Shown one piece after another: positions 37,687 to 47,275 of a DNA stretch of 64,000 nt. Position numbers and translations under genes: made by a program. Source of the DNA: an uncultured Spirochaetales bacterium (GTDB lineage: Bacteria; Spirochaetota; GWE2-31-10; JAFGQB01); contig CAZHHK010000001.1 of assembly GCA_964531405.1 (NCBI GenBank), forward strand, positions 913 through 64,912, in the 5' to 3' direction. Below the pieces are notes generated by a model. The model was not told the origin of the DNA. It did not search any database and saw only the letters and a program-made list of their open reading frames with translations. Numbering within the stretch: the first letter of the stretch is position 1; each line of letters opens with the position of its first letter.

Positions 37687-38508
37687 TTAAAAAACTTCAT
37701 AATTAAGGTTGCCATTTTCCACAGAAACCTTTAAGAAGCAGTCCACGCCCTTCTCCCTATTGTTTAATACGATATATTTTGTCCCCCGAATTTTTTTTTC
37801 ATCATATTTATGAAGATGACCACATATAAAAAAATCGACATTATATTTATCACAAAGGTCTATCAAAAAATATGCTTCCTCAGGATAAGTCATTGATGTT
37901 GGGGTTTCAAATTCCTGATCTGTCGGGCTGTAATGAGTAAATAAAATTTTATGTTTTGCATTAGTTTTATCAAGCCTTTCTTTTAACCAATTTTTTTGCT
38001 GCTCGCCCAGCGTACCATTTGCTGTATCAAAAAAAAGATAATAAGTATTGCCGATTGTAAAGTCATACATAGTTCTTCCGAAATATTTTTTATAATATTT
38101 AAATCCGTCATTATAAATATCATGATTTCCAATAACAGGATAAAAAGGCAGGCTTGTTTTTTTTATGTCCGCTTTAATTAAATCATAAGCTTCCTTTTTT
38201 CCGTTTTGTATAAGATCGCCTGTAACTACTATAAAAGAAATCCCCCAGTTATTCTTATGCTTCTCAATGTCTTCAAAATAGCCAAGCTGCGCATTGTAAT
38301 AATGCGTATCCGTAATTACGATAAAGCTGTAATTATTAACATCCGCTAAAGTAGGTGCATTATAGTCTTTTAAAGAATCATTCTTGTCAAATCTGTTATC
38401 AACATCCGATGATGAAAATACTCCCCCAAGATCGATATAATCACAACCGGACAATAAAAAAATAAAAGCTAGAATTAAAACAATCATATTATTTTGTTTT
38501 AAACGCAT
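37687..38508 (-). CDS. Calcineurin-like metallophosphoesterase lipoprotein
   Basis: 273 aa; signal peptide with lipobox-like LLSGC; metallophosphatase motifs (VITDTHY, VTGDLIQNG, VIGNHD, CGHLH). Confidence 0.75.
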   Translation of the reverse strand: MRLKQNNMIVLILAFIFLLSGCDYIDLGGVFSSSDVDNRFDKNDSLKDYNAPTLADVNNYSFIVITDTHYYNAQLGYFEDIEKHKNNWGISFIVVTGDLIQNGKKEAYDLIKADIKKTSLPFYPVIGNHDIYNDGFKYYKKYFGRTMYDFTIGNTYYLFFDTANGTLGEQQKNWLKERLDKTNAKHKILFTHYSPTDQEFETPTSMTYPEEAYFLIDLCDKYNVDFFICGHLHKYDEKKIRGTKYIVLNNREKGVDCFLKVSVENGNLNYEVF

Positions 38509-39271
38509 AAATAACTCCTATTCTAAACCATCCTTTGCTTATTATTCCTGCCATGGGCAGAGATCCTGCATAACCTATGCCACCATTAAAATAAATTGTA
38601 AGATTGTTCGGCAGATGTATATAATTTAAAAATTCAAGCTGCCAGTAATTAAATGAATAAATTTCGTATTCAGGGATATTGCCAAGAGAAAGTCCTGCAG
38701 AAAAAAAACACATCGGATGAACAAGCATTGTTAATTTCCATTTGAAAGAAGCGTTGAAAAGCCAGTCTTTTTTGTAAACGCTATTAGGATCTTCTATATC
38801 TATATCCACAAACCGTAAGGCAAATCCTGAATCAATACTGAATGTAAAATATTTTATGAAATTGAACATCAATAACATTTTGATTATTATATCATGCTCG
38901 GCAACTTTATAAATACTAAAATCCCTGAATTTATAATCAACATCAAATGCTAAAAATTTTATTGGTCGGTAATAAGTACCAACATCAAAAGTTTTTATTT
39001 TTGGAGTGTTTTCTCCAAGACAAAGCTTCGATGTAAAAAAAAGTGAATCACTGAAATTTAGTGAAAAATTATATTCATAAAAAAAACTGAAAGGCAGTCC
39101 TCTTGTTTTATCGAATGTATTAGAAAAATTGAAAATGATATAATCTGGAATAAATTTATGAATCTTATAAATTATTTTATCTTTTTTCTCCCAGAAAGGA
39201 TTTTCATAAGTAAAAGCAGGGAAAATAATAATAAATATGACAATTGAAACAAATAATATTTTTTTTAACAT
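38489..39271 (-). CDS. Hypothetical secreted protein (possible outer-membrane beta-barrel)
   Basis: 260 aa; N-terminal signal peptide; alternating aromatic/hydrophobic pattern, Y/F-rich; overlaps the downstream phosphoesterase gene by 20 nt; no family assignment. Confidence 0.4.
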   Translation of the reverse strand: MLKKILFVSIVIFIIIFPAFTYENPFWEKKDKIIYKIHKFIPDYIIFNFSNTFDKTRGLPFSFFYEYNFSLNFSDSLFFTSKLCLGENTPKIKTFDVGTYYRPIKFLAFDVDYKFRDFSIYKVAEHDIIIKMLLMFNFIKYFTFSIDSGFALRFVDIDIEDPNSVYKKDWLFNASFKWKLTMLVHPMCFFSAGLSLGNIPEYEIYSFNYWQLEFLNYIHLPNNLTIYFNGGIGYAGSLPMAGIISKGWFRIGVIYAFKTK

Positions 39272-39499
39272 TTTATTTCTTTAAAAAAGAATAGTTTAAG
39301 CATCCTCAATTGTCAATAAAAATAATTTTTTTAAAAAACCGAAGCATTAAACTTATAATAAATGGTTTTTGTCTTAGAAAGATAATTGGTTAAAATAATT
39401 ATCAAAATTATATTGAAAAATTTTTAAAATAATTATAAAATTTACAAAATATTTTTTATAAAAAGCATTTATATAAAAGTTTATGTAAAAAGGCTGAAA

Positions 39500-42082
39500 A
39501 TGATTGGATCCAACAATTTAAATTTAAGAGATTGGCAACAATATTATATAAAACTCGATCCTTCTTATGGCAACTTAATAGCCAGTATTTTACAGTCTAT
39601 TTTTAAAAATAAGTATTCAACGATCAATTCACTCATAAATACAATCAAAAAAAAACAAACTAAAATAGTTACCGAAGAGGGAACTATCGATTTGCTTTTT
39701 AAATTTGATGAAGTAATAAAGCTTACTCCGAGATTTCAAATAACAAATACGGTCACTGGCGAAGACAATAAAATTAAAAATTCATTATCCATAGTATGTG
39801 ACTTTATAATTACACTCAATTTTAACAATATTAAAGGCTTTAATAACGAATATATAAAAAGTGTACAAGAACTTCTAGATAAATTGACAGCAATAAATAA
39901 AAAAATATTAATCAAATATTTATTAAAGCAATTAACTAAAGGAAATTATTTTGTTTCTATGGATTTTTTGGAAAAAGAAATATTTGAATCAAAAATACCT
40001 TTTACCGATTACACCGTACAGGATATTTTCCAAAAATTTAATGTTACGAGTTATAATACTATTTATTCACTTTTAAATTTGAATAATTATGACGATAATA
40101 ACAATATAACATCAAATGTAAAAGTAATAAGCATCCCTTTTACTCCTTATCATATGGATACGTATCTTTCCAGAGAATTGCAACATGTTTATAGAATAAA
40201 ATATAATATCGGCAAAGGAGAATTAAATACAAAATTACTTTATCTTAATGCAGATTATCCTATTGAAGATAAAAAAACTATTTATGATGCACTGGTTTTA
40301 AGCATTTATAATAATTATCTACCAAATAAATTAGACAGAACTTGTAATGATGATTTCAAATTTGAAACTGATGATATGACACAACAAGAAAATAAATCAT
40401 TAGAAGACTCATCTACAACTGAAGTACAAGATATAAAAGATAAATTCGAAAGAAAAAAAATGATTTTAAAGATTTTAAAAGCCGATAAAATCCCAAAACA
40501 CGAAATAGATTTTCTGGATTCTATAGATTATGAAAAACTTCACATTAAAAACACCTTCGTCTCGGTTTTAAATTATCTTTCAAATCCTTTCCTTTCAAAA
40601 ATAATAAACACAGCTCAGTTTAGATTTTTAAAGCAGTACATAATAACTAACTATGGCCCAAGCATAAAAGAAAGCATAGATGAAGAGACTAGAGCTTTGA
40701 TTGAAAAAAAATTTATAGAATATATTCAATCTAAAAACTGTTATTTTATTGAATTTTATAATAATATTCTTCAAAATATATGCGACTTAACCGGAGAGAA
40801 AAAATTTCTAGTTGATACGATAATCAGAACATCAAGTATATTTAAAAATTTTTGTTTTACAAAATATCTTGTAAAACAAAAAAAAACATCAATAAATAAT
40901 TTTCAAACATTTTTAAAAATAATAGGAAGTGACTTTTTTGCATTCTTAAATGATGGATCTGAAGATGATATGGTTGTTGTGCCTTATTTGAAAATCAAAG
41001 AATTCCTTCTTTTTTTGATTACATCGGAAATAAACTCAACCTGGCAAAAGTTAAAGGATCTTTTTGAAGAATTATTAAAAACTGTAAAATCGATTGTTTT
41101 TACGGCAAATCAAAGCGGCGCAGATATTCGCATGGTTATGATAGACAGTACAAATTATAATATAACTGTTAAAGATAGAAGTAATGTAAAAAATTTTCAA
41201 ATTAAGACTATTGAAGATATAGAATTTATATTTCAGGATAAAGAACAGGAAAAGTTCAAGACTATAGTTAAGATGCTTTATAACCTCCATTATAAAAGTG
41301 GTTTTGGTTTTGATAACAAAAAAGATTTCAATAAGCTTATAGAGATGTACAATGCAAGATGCGATGAATACAGTCTCTATAAATTAAAGCTTGATCAATA
41401 TGAAGAGGCAACATCAAGCGCCAAGGGGTTTCTTGCTTTTTTAAAAAAACTCTTTTTTTGGATCCCTATGGCTATTAACAACCATAATTTACTCAGGATA
41501 ATGAAAAAAAATGAAATTGTTGCTAAAAAAATTAAGCTTTATTATACTCAACCTGTAGAATGCCAGAAGACAAAAGTACTAGTGGGTAATAATAGCGAAC
41601 TGGGAAACATAAAAGAGAAAATAATGGAATTCATTAATACAAAAGATGAAATCGATTTGATAAAAGCTAAAAGAAAGCAGGAAAAAGTAAAAGAAATTCA
41701 ACCAAAGAAAGAAATCAAAAAAGAAGAAGAGAAAAAAATACCATTGCCTGAATTAGACAGTGAAGAACTCAAGCTTTTTGAATTTATTAATAAATATCTT
41801 AAAGCCGATAAAGATGTCATGTTTACTAGAAGCTCAAACATGGATGAAGAAATAATTGTTATATATATCAAAGACAATAAATCTCCAACGTTGTTTTCCA
41901 ATAATTTAAAAGACTTAAATACTATCGACGAATATTCTACAAGATATTTTAATATAAAACAGCTAATTAATAAAAGGTATATAAGCCAGAAAGAATTAAT
42001 AAGAACAACAAATGATAATAAAAAAATCTGCTATCTCACCTATGCACGGCAGTATTATCAATATATGAATAAATATAGATAA
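39500..42082 (+). CDS. Large hypothetical cytoplasmic protein (860 aa, no recognisable domain)
   Basis: Long uninterrupted ORF; AAAGG SD upstream; no signal peptide; no P-loop; K/E-rich linker (KKEIKKEEEKK); followed 4 nt later by the DUF62 gene. Confidence 0.5.
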   Translation: MIGSNNLNLRDWQQYYIKLDPSYGNLIASILQSIFKNKYSTINSLINTIKKKQTKIVTEEGTIDLLFKFDEVIKLTPRFQITNTVTGEDNKIKNSLSIVCDFIITLNFNNIKGFNNEYIKSVQELLDKLTAINKKILIKYLLKQLTKGNYFVSMDFLEKEIFESKIPFTDYTVQDIFQKFNVTSYNTIYSLLNLNNYDDNNNITSNVKVISIPFTPYHMDTYLSRELQHVYRIKYNIGKGELNTKLLYLNADYPIEDKKTIYDALVLSIYNNYLPNKLDRTCNDDFKFETDDMTQQENKSLEDSSTTEVQDIKDKFERKKMILKILKADKIPKHEIDFLDSIDYEKLHIKNTFVSVLNYLSNPFLSKIINTAQFRFLKQYIITNYGPSIKESIDEETRALIEKKFIEYIQSKNCYFIEFYNNILQNICDLTGEKKFLVDTIIRTSSIFKNFCFTKYLVKQKKTSINNFQTFLKIIGSDFFAFLNDGSEDDMVVVPYLKIKEFLLFLITSEINSTWQKLKDLFEELLKTVKSIVFTANQSGADIRMVMIDSTNYNITVKDRSNVKNFQIKTIEDIEFIFQDKEQEKFKTIVKMLYNLHYKSGFGFDNKKDFNKLIEMYNARCDEYSLYKLKLDQYEEATSSAKGFLAFLKKLFFWIPMAINNHNLLRIMKKNEIVAKKIKLYYTQPVECQKTKVLVGNNSELGNIKEKIMEFINTKDEIDLIKAKRKQEKVKEIQPKKEIKKEEEKKIPLPELDSEELKLFEFINKYLKADKDVMFTRSSNMDEEIIVIYIKDNKSPTLFSNNLKDLNTIDEYSTRYFNIKQLINKRYISQKELIRTTNDNKKICYLTYARQYYQYMNKYR

Positions 42083-42086
42083 GATT

Positions 42087-42872
42087 ATGCAAACAATTGT
42101 CGCATTATTAACCGACTTTGGCAGTAAAGACAATTATGTCGGAATATTAAAAGGTGTTTTACTGGACATAAATAAAAAAATTCAATGCATTGATATTTGT
42201 CATGATGTTTATCCTTATAATATAGTCTCTGCTTCATTTTTGCTTTATTCAAGCTTTGATTATTTCCCTAAAGATACAATTTTTTTGATAGTTGTTGACC
42301 CGGGCGTAGGCTCTGCAAGAAATGAAATTGTAGGTATAATTGATGGCAAATATGTAGTCTGCCCGGATAATGGCATAATAACCTTGCTTTATAAAATGAA
42401 GAATTCCGGTGATTTTTACAAAATCGACAGAAACAAAATAATTAAAACAACTAAAAGAGAAATAAATCCAACATTTCATGGAAGGGATATTTTTGCTCCG
42501 GCATGCGGAATAATTTCAAAAAACGGATTTAAAAAAATAATTACAGACAAGATAAATCCTCTGAAAATTGATACTTTTAATAATAAAATTTTAAAAAACA
42601 AAATAATTGGCAAGATTATTCATATCGATATATATGGCAACTGCATAACCTCAATTTATAAAAACGATATAAAAAAATTTAAATCAATAAATAAAATTAA
42701 AATCAACAAAACAACGATTTTCGGCATCAATAAATATTTTAGTGAAGTACCTCCAGGAAAAATCCTGGCTTACTGGGGTAGCTCAGGGTTCTTGGAAATC
42801 GCAATCAGAGAAGACAACGTCTGCAAAAAGCTTAATATAAAACAATTAGATTCTGTTGAATTATTTCTTTAG
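42087..42872 (+). CDS. SAM hydroxide adenosyltransferase (DUF62; fluorinase/chlorinase-like SAM hydrolase family)
   Basis: 261 aa; N-terminal LTDFGSKDNYVGILKGV; VVDPGVGSAR; matches the DUF62 family. Confidence 0.8.
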   Translation: MQTIVALLTDFGSKDNYVGILKGVLLDINKKIQCIDICHDVYPYNIVSASFLLYSSFDYFPKDTIFLIVVDPGVGSARNEIVGIIDGKYVVCPDNGIITLLYKMKNSGDFYKIDRNKIIKTTKREINPTFHGRDIFAPACGIISKNGFKKIITDKINPLKIDTFNNKILKNKIIGKIIHIDIYGNCITSIYKNDIKKFKSINKIKINKTTIFGINKYFSEVPPGKILAYWGSSGFLEIAIREDNVCKKLNIKQLDSVELFL

Positions 42873-42964
42873 CCTTTTTTAAAAAGCTAAAATATTTTTC
42901 ATGGACAACCCAACTATTTTTTTCTTTAATTTAATAAAATTCTACTTCAAAAAAATAAAAAATA

Positions 42965-42993
42965 TTGACATTAGCTTAATAATTTACTATACT
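42965..42993 (+). promoter_or_regulatory. Sigma70-like promoter (TTGACA-17 nt-TATACT) of the Rrf2/sulfur operon
   Basis: -35 TTGACA at 42965-42970; 17-nt spacer; -10 TATACT at 42988-42993; 36 nt upstream of ATG 43029. Confidence 0.45.
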
Positions 42994-42995
42994 AT

Positions 42996-43014
42996 CTTTA
43001 CTAACTTAGTAAAG
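42996..43014. promoter_or_regulatory. 19-bp perfect palindrome (putative Rrf2 autoregulatory operator) overlapping the transcription start
   Basis: CTTTACTAA-C-TTAGTAAAG: 9-bp perfect inverted-repeat arms, immediately downstream of the -10 and 15 nt upstream of the Rrf2 ATG. Confidence 0.45.
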
Positions 43015-43028
43015 TATGAGAGTTAATC

Positions 43029-43442
43029 ATGATCGAATTGACAAACAAAACAATTTATTCCTTAAAGATATTACTGGAATTATCAAAAAGCTACAATAAA
43101 TCAATCATGCAGATAAATGATTTTAATAAAAAGCAAAATATACCAAAAAGCTTTTTAATACAATTGTTGAATAAATTGAAGAATCTTAAATTAATAGACA
43201 GCATCAGAGGGAATAAAGGCGGCTACAGGCTTGCAGTCAGTCCTGACAATATAATTGTTTTTGAGATTATTGACAAACTTGAAGGCGGTTTTGAGATTTT
43301 TAAAAATTATAAAGATAAGGATTATTTAAAGATGATTTTTAACAAATCAATGGATGCCTTAAAGCAAAATCTGAATATTTCCCTAAAAGAAGTCTTGTTA
43401 CAGCAAGAAAAACTGGAAAACAACGTAATGTATTTTATTTAA
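43029..43442 (+). CDS. Rrf2-family transcriptional regulator (Cys-less, CymR-like rather than IscR-like)
   Basis: 137 aa; N-terminal wHTH typical of Rrf2 (TNKTIYSLKILLELSK); it lacks the three-Cys Fe-S ligand cluster. Confidence 0.75.
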   Translation: MIELTNKTIYSLKILLELSKSYNKSIMQINDFNKKQNIPKSFLIQLLNKLKNLKLIDSIRGNKGGYRLAVSPDNIIVFEIIDKLEGGFEIFKNYKDKDYLKMIFNKSMDALKQNLNISLKEVLLQQEKLENNVMYFI

Positions 43443-43461
43443 TAAACGAGGAGAATAATTT

Positions 43462-44748
43462 ATGTCAAATTTAAAGTTTGAAACACTGGCGATTCACAGC
43501 GGTAAAACAATCGATGAAAATGCCCTGTCAATAGGATTACCTGTCCAGAGAACCTCTGCTTATTACTTTAAAAACGCTGAGCATGCGGCAAATCTTTTTG
43601 GATTAAAAGAGCTTGGCAATATTTATACAAGACTCGGCAATCCTACACAGGAAATTCTGGAAAAAAGACTCGCCAGTCTTGAAAAGGGTCAGGCTGCTTT
43701 AGCTCTTTCATCAGGAACAGCTGCAATCTATTATTCTGTAATAAATATAGCAAAAGCCGGTGATGAGATTATCTCTGCGAATAATCTCTATGGCGGTACT
43801 TTTACAATGTTTAATGATATTCTGCCGCAGTTTAATATAAAAACAAAATTTTTCAATCAGGATAATCCCGATGAAATAAAAAATCTTGTAAATGAAAAAA
43901 CGCGTCTTATTTTTATAGAAACGATAGGCAATCCTGCCCTGGATTTTACAGATATCGAAGAGGTGTCAAAAATCGCAAGGCATTATAACCTTCCTCTTAT
44001 TGTTGACTCCACGTTTACAACTCCGTATCTTTTAAATCCAATAGAACATGGCGCTGACATAGTAATTCACTCATTGACAAAATGGATCGGAGGCCATGGC
44101 ACTGGCATAGGAGGCATCGTGGTTGATTCGGGTAAATTTAACTGGAAGGACAAAAAATTTGCTCTGTACAACGAGCCTGATACAGGCTATCATAACCTTA
44201 GATTTGCTCATGACCTTCCAGAGCCGTTATTGCCTGTTGCTTTTACATGGAGAATGCGACTCGTACCTTTAAGGAACCTCGGTGCATGTATTTCTCCTGA
44301 TAACGCATGGATATTCTTGCAAGGACTAGAGACCCTTGCATTGAGGATGGAAAGACACTCTGAAAACGCAATGAAGGTTGCCGAATTTCTAAAATCCAAT
44401 CCTAAAGTAAGCTGGGTAAGATATCCAGGATTAAAAGATGATAAATCCTATAAAACAGCAAGCAAATATCTTAAAAAAGGATTCGGAGGCATGGTCGTAT
44501 TCGGTATAAAAGGCGGCATAGAGTCTGGTAGGAAATTCATCGAGAATTTAAAGCTGTTCACACATTGTGCAAACGTTGGCGATGCTAAAAGCCTTGCCAT
44601 TCATCCCGCTTCAACTACTCATTCTCAATTAAGCGATAAAGACAAACTATCCGGCGGAATAACCGATGATTTGATAAGATTATCCATTGGTATTGAAAAC
44701 ATTAATGATATACTGGACGACATAAAGCAATCAATCGATAAAATATAG
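43462..44748 (+). CDS. metY: O-acetylhomoserine sulfhydrylase / aminocarboxypropyltransferase (PLP-dependent, Cys/Met-metabolism family)
   Basis: 428 aa; PLP-Lys motif [11 protein letters not shown]; the length and N-terminal region fit MetY/OAH sulfhydrylase better than MetB/MetC. Confidence 0.8.
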   Translation: MSNLKFETLAIHSGKTIDENALSIGLPVQRTSAYYFKNAEHAANLFGLKELGNIYTRLGNPTQEILEKRLASLEKGQAALALSSGTAAIYYSVINIAKAGDEIISANNLYGGTFTMFNDILPQFNIKTKFFNQDNPDEIKNLVNEKTRLIFIETIGNPALDFTDIEEVSKIARHYNLPLIVDSTFTTPYLLNPIEHGADIVIHSLTKWIGGHGTGIGGIVVDSGKFNWKDKKFALYNEPDTGYHNLRFAHDLPEPLLPVAFTWRMRLVPLRNLGACISPDNAWIFLQGLETLALRMERHSENAMKVAEFLKSNPKVSWVRYPGLKDDKSYKTASKYLKKGFGGMVVFGIKGGIESGRKFIENLKLFTHCANVGDAKSLAIHPASTTHSQLSDKDKLSGGITDDLIRLSIGIENINDILDDIKQSIDKI

Positions 44749-44756
44749 GATGACAA

Positions 44757-44957
44757 ATGATTAACATAACAGTTAATGGTAAAAAAGAGACGATTAATAC
44801 TATATCATTAAGTGAATATCTGAATTCTAAAAATATCAACAAAAATACCGTAGTTGTTGAGATAAACGGAAATATAATTCAAAAAACCGATGTTGAAAAA
44901 ACAGAATTTAAAGAAAATGATAAGGTTGAGATCGTAAGATTTATAGGCGGCGGTTAA
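44757..44957 (+). CDS. ThiS/MoaD-like sulfur-carrier protein (C-terminal GGG)
   Basis: 66 aa beta-grasp-sized ORF ending ...IVRFIGGG-stop; its stop overlaps the ThiF-like start (TAATG). Confidence 0.65.
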   Translation: MINITVNGKKETINTISLSEYLNSKNINKNTVVVEINGNIIQKTDVEKTEFKENDKVEIVRFIGGG

Positions 44958-45520
44958 TGAAAAAAATAGGCATTGCCGGAGTCGGCGGCATTGGCAGTAA
45001 CATTGCAATGCTTTTGACAAGAGCCGGAGTTGATAACTTCAAGATAGTTGATTTTGATAAAATCGACAGATCAAATCTCAACCGCCAGTTTTATTTCCGC
45101 GATCAAATCGGCAAAACTAAAACAAAGGCTTTGGAAAAAAACTTAAAGAGGATAAACAAAGATATCTCTATAGAAAGATCCAACATCTTACTTAATGAAA
45201 GTAACATAGATTCAATTTTTGCGGATTGCGATATTATTGTCGAGGGGTTTGACAAAGCCCATGATAAATCAATGATAATAGATGCATACTCCAAAACAGG
45301 CAAGCTTATAGTATCTGCCTGCGGTGTTGCAGGTCTTGATACCAGTAATATCTCGACAAAAAGACTCCAGGATAATGTTTTTATTGTCGGTGATTTTTCA
45401 AATGATATAACGGACAAAAAACTTTTCTCGACAAAAGTGATGATAATAGCCTCAAAGATGGCTGAAATAATTTTAAAGCACTTAAATTATACAGATGCAA
45501 TATCTTTACAGGGAGATTAA
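44957..45520 (+). CDS. ThiF/MoeB/HcyF-like E1 adenylyltransferase (short form, no rhodanese domain)
   Basis: 187 aa; Rossmann nucleotide-binding [17 protein letters not shown]; ThiF-family core. Confidence 0.7.
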   Translation: MKKIGIAGVGGIGSNIAMLLTRAGVDNFKIVDFDKIDRSNLNRQFYFRDQIGKTKTKALEKNLKRINKDISIERSNILLNESNIDSIFADCDIIVEGFDKAHDKSMIIDAYSKTGKLIVSACGVAGLDTSNISTKRLQDNVFIVGDFSNDITDKKLFSTKVMIIASKMAEIILKHLNYTDAISLQGD

Positions 45521-45522
45521 TT

Positions 45523-46440
45523 TTGAATATAGCGAGAAACATTACAGATCTAATTGGTAAAACACCTCTGGTTTATATAAATAAACTGGCTGAAAATATG
45601 AATTCAAAGATAGCGGCAAAACTCGAATTTTTTAATCCTCTATCAAATGTAAAGGACAGAATAGCCCTTGCAATGATCGAAGATGCAGAAAAAAAAGGGC
45701 TTATCGATAAGGATACAGTGATAATAGAGCCAACAAGCGGCAACACGGGTATCGGTCTTGCCTTTGTCTGTGCGGTTAAAGGCTATAAATTGATCCTTAC
45801 AATGCCCGAATCTATGAGCATTGAAAGAAGAAAGCTTTTAAAGATTTTAGGCGCAGAAATCATACTCACTCCTGAAGATAAAAGGATGGCGGGAGCGGTT
45901 TCTAAAGCGGAAGAATTATCAAGGCAATACAAAAAATCATTTATCCCGCAGCAGTTTAATAATCCGGCAAACCCTGAAGTTCACAGGAAAACCACAGCTT
46001 TAGAAATATGGAATGACACCGAAGGCAAAATAGATATATTTGTCTGCGGCATAGGTACAGGAGGCACAATCACAGGAATCGGAGAAATTTTAAAACAGAA
46101 AAACCCATCTGTAAAAATAATCGGTATAGAGCCTGCTGGTTCTGCAGTGATATCCGGCGAAAATCCCGGACCTCATGGTTTACAGGGGCTCGGAGCAGGA
46201 TTTATCCCTAAAGTTTTAAATACTGGAATCCTTGACGAAGTAATAAAAGTAAATAACAACGATGCATACGATATGACAAAACAGCTTGCAAAAAAAGAGG
46301 GAATTTTTGCAGGGATTTCATCCGGTGCCGCGCTTTATGCAAGTCTAGAAATAGCAAAAAGAGAAGATAAAAAGTTAATTGTAACGCTTTTTCCCGATAC
46401 AGGAGAAAGATACCTGTCCATGGATTTCTGGGATAAATGA
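45523..46440 (+). CDS. cysK: Cysteine synthase (O-acetylserine / O-phosphoserine sulfhydrylase, CysK/CysM family)
   Basis: 305 aa; PLP-Lys in SNVKDRIAL; [10 protein letters not shown]; glycine-rich [10 protein letters not shown] loop. Confidence 0.85.
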   Translation: MNIARNITDLIGKTPLVYINKLAENMNSKIAAKLEFFNPLSNVKDRIALAMIEDAEKKGLIDKDTVIIEPTSGNTGIGLAFVCAVKGYKLILTMPESMSIERRKLLKILGAEIILTPEDKRMAGAVSKAEELSRQYKKSFIPQQFNNPANPEVHRKTTALEIWNDTEGKIDIFVCGIGTGGTITGIGEILKQKNPSVKIIGIEPAGSAVISGENPGPHGLQGLGAGFIPKVLNTGILDEVIKVNNNDAYDMTKQLAKKEGIFAGISSGAALYASLEIAKREDKKLIVTLFPDTGERYLSMDFWDK

Positions 46441-46444
46441 TTTT

Positions 46445-47275
46445 ATGAAACTTGAAGAAAAAATATCATTGTTAAAAAGACAATTGTCGGAATACAAAAA
46501 AATACTCATCGCATTTTCAGGCGGAGTGGATAGCTCCCTGCTTCTTAAGGTTTCAACGGATGTTCTGGGCAGTAAAAACATCATTGCTGCAACTGCTGAT
46601 TCTCCAACCTATACAAATGAAGAATTAAAGGAAGCAAAAAAACTTACAAAATCCTTAAGAGTAAAGCATATCATTTTCAAGACAAAGGAATTCAATGATG
46701 AAAATTTCATTAATAATCCGCCTCTGCGCTGTTATTACTGTAAAAAAGAGCTTTTTGGAAAGCTTGAAGCAATCAGGGAGAAATACAATTGTGATATGAT
46801 AATAGACGGTGCAAATTATGATGACAGGAATGATCACAGACCGGGCACAAAAGCCGAGAATGAATTCAAGATTCAGACACCTTTAAAGGATGCGTTTTTT
46901 ACAAAACAGGACATACGGGAATATTCCAGACAACTTAAACTAAAAACCCATGATGCACCTTCGATGGCATGCCTTGCGTCTAGAATTCCTTATGGAGAAA
47001 AAATCACCAGGCAAAAAATTAAAATGATTGATGCCGGTGAAAAATTTTTAAAAGCACTTGGCATCAGGGTTTTGCGTTTGAGAAGTACCTCAGATACCGC
47101 CAGAATTGAAGTGAATCCCGAAGACTTCAACAAAATTTTAAACAACAAAAATTCCATTATTAAAAAACTGAAAAAAATCGGCTATAAATACATAACACTC
47201 GACCTTGAAGGATTCAGAAGCGGCAGTATGAATGAAGTGTTAAAGAAATCACAAAAATTCGGAAGGGAAAAATGA
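46445..47275 (+). CDS. PP-loop ATP pyrophosphatase, LarE/TIGR00268-like sulfur transferase
   Basis: 276 aa; PP-loop AFSGGVDSS; conserved Cys pair in PPLRCYYCK; the size fits the LarE family. Confidence 0.6.
   Translation: MKLEEKISLLKRQLSEYKKILIAFSGGVDSSLLLKVSTDVLGSKNIIAATADSPTYTNEELKEAKKLTKSLRVKHIIFKTKEFNDENFINNPPLRCYYCKKELFGKLEAIREKYNCDMIIDGANYDDRNDHRPGTKAENEFKIQTPLKDAFFTKQDIREYSRQLKLKTHDAPSMACLASRIPYGEKITRQKIKMIDAGEKFLKALGIRVLRLRSTSDTARIEVNPEDFNKILNNKNSIIKKLKKIGYKYITLDLEGFRSGSMNEVLKKSQKFGREK

Noticed and set aside
44757-44957. ThiS-like ORF as part of thiamine biosynthesis (thiS-thiF-thiG-thiH)
   Set aside because: No thiG, thiH or thiO is in the cluster. The neighbours are MetY and CysK sulfhydrylases and tRNA thiolation enzymes, so an amino-acid/tRNA sulfur relay is the better reading.
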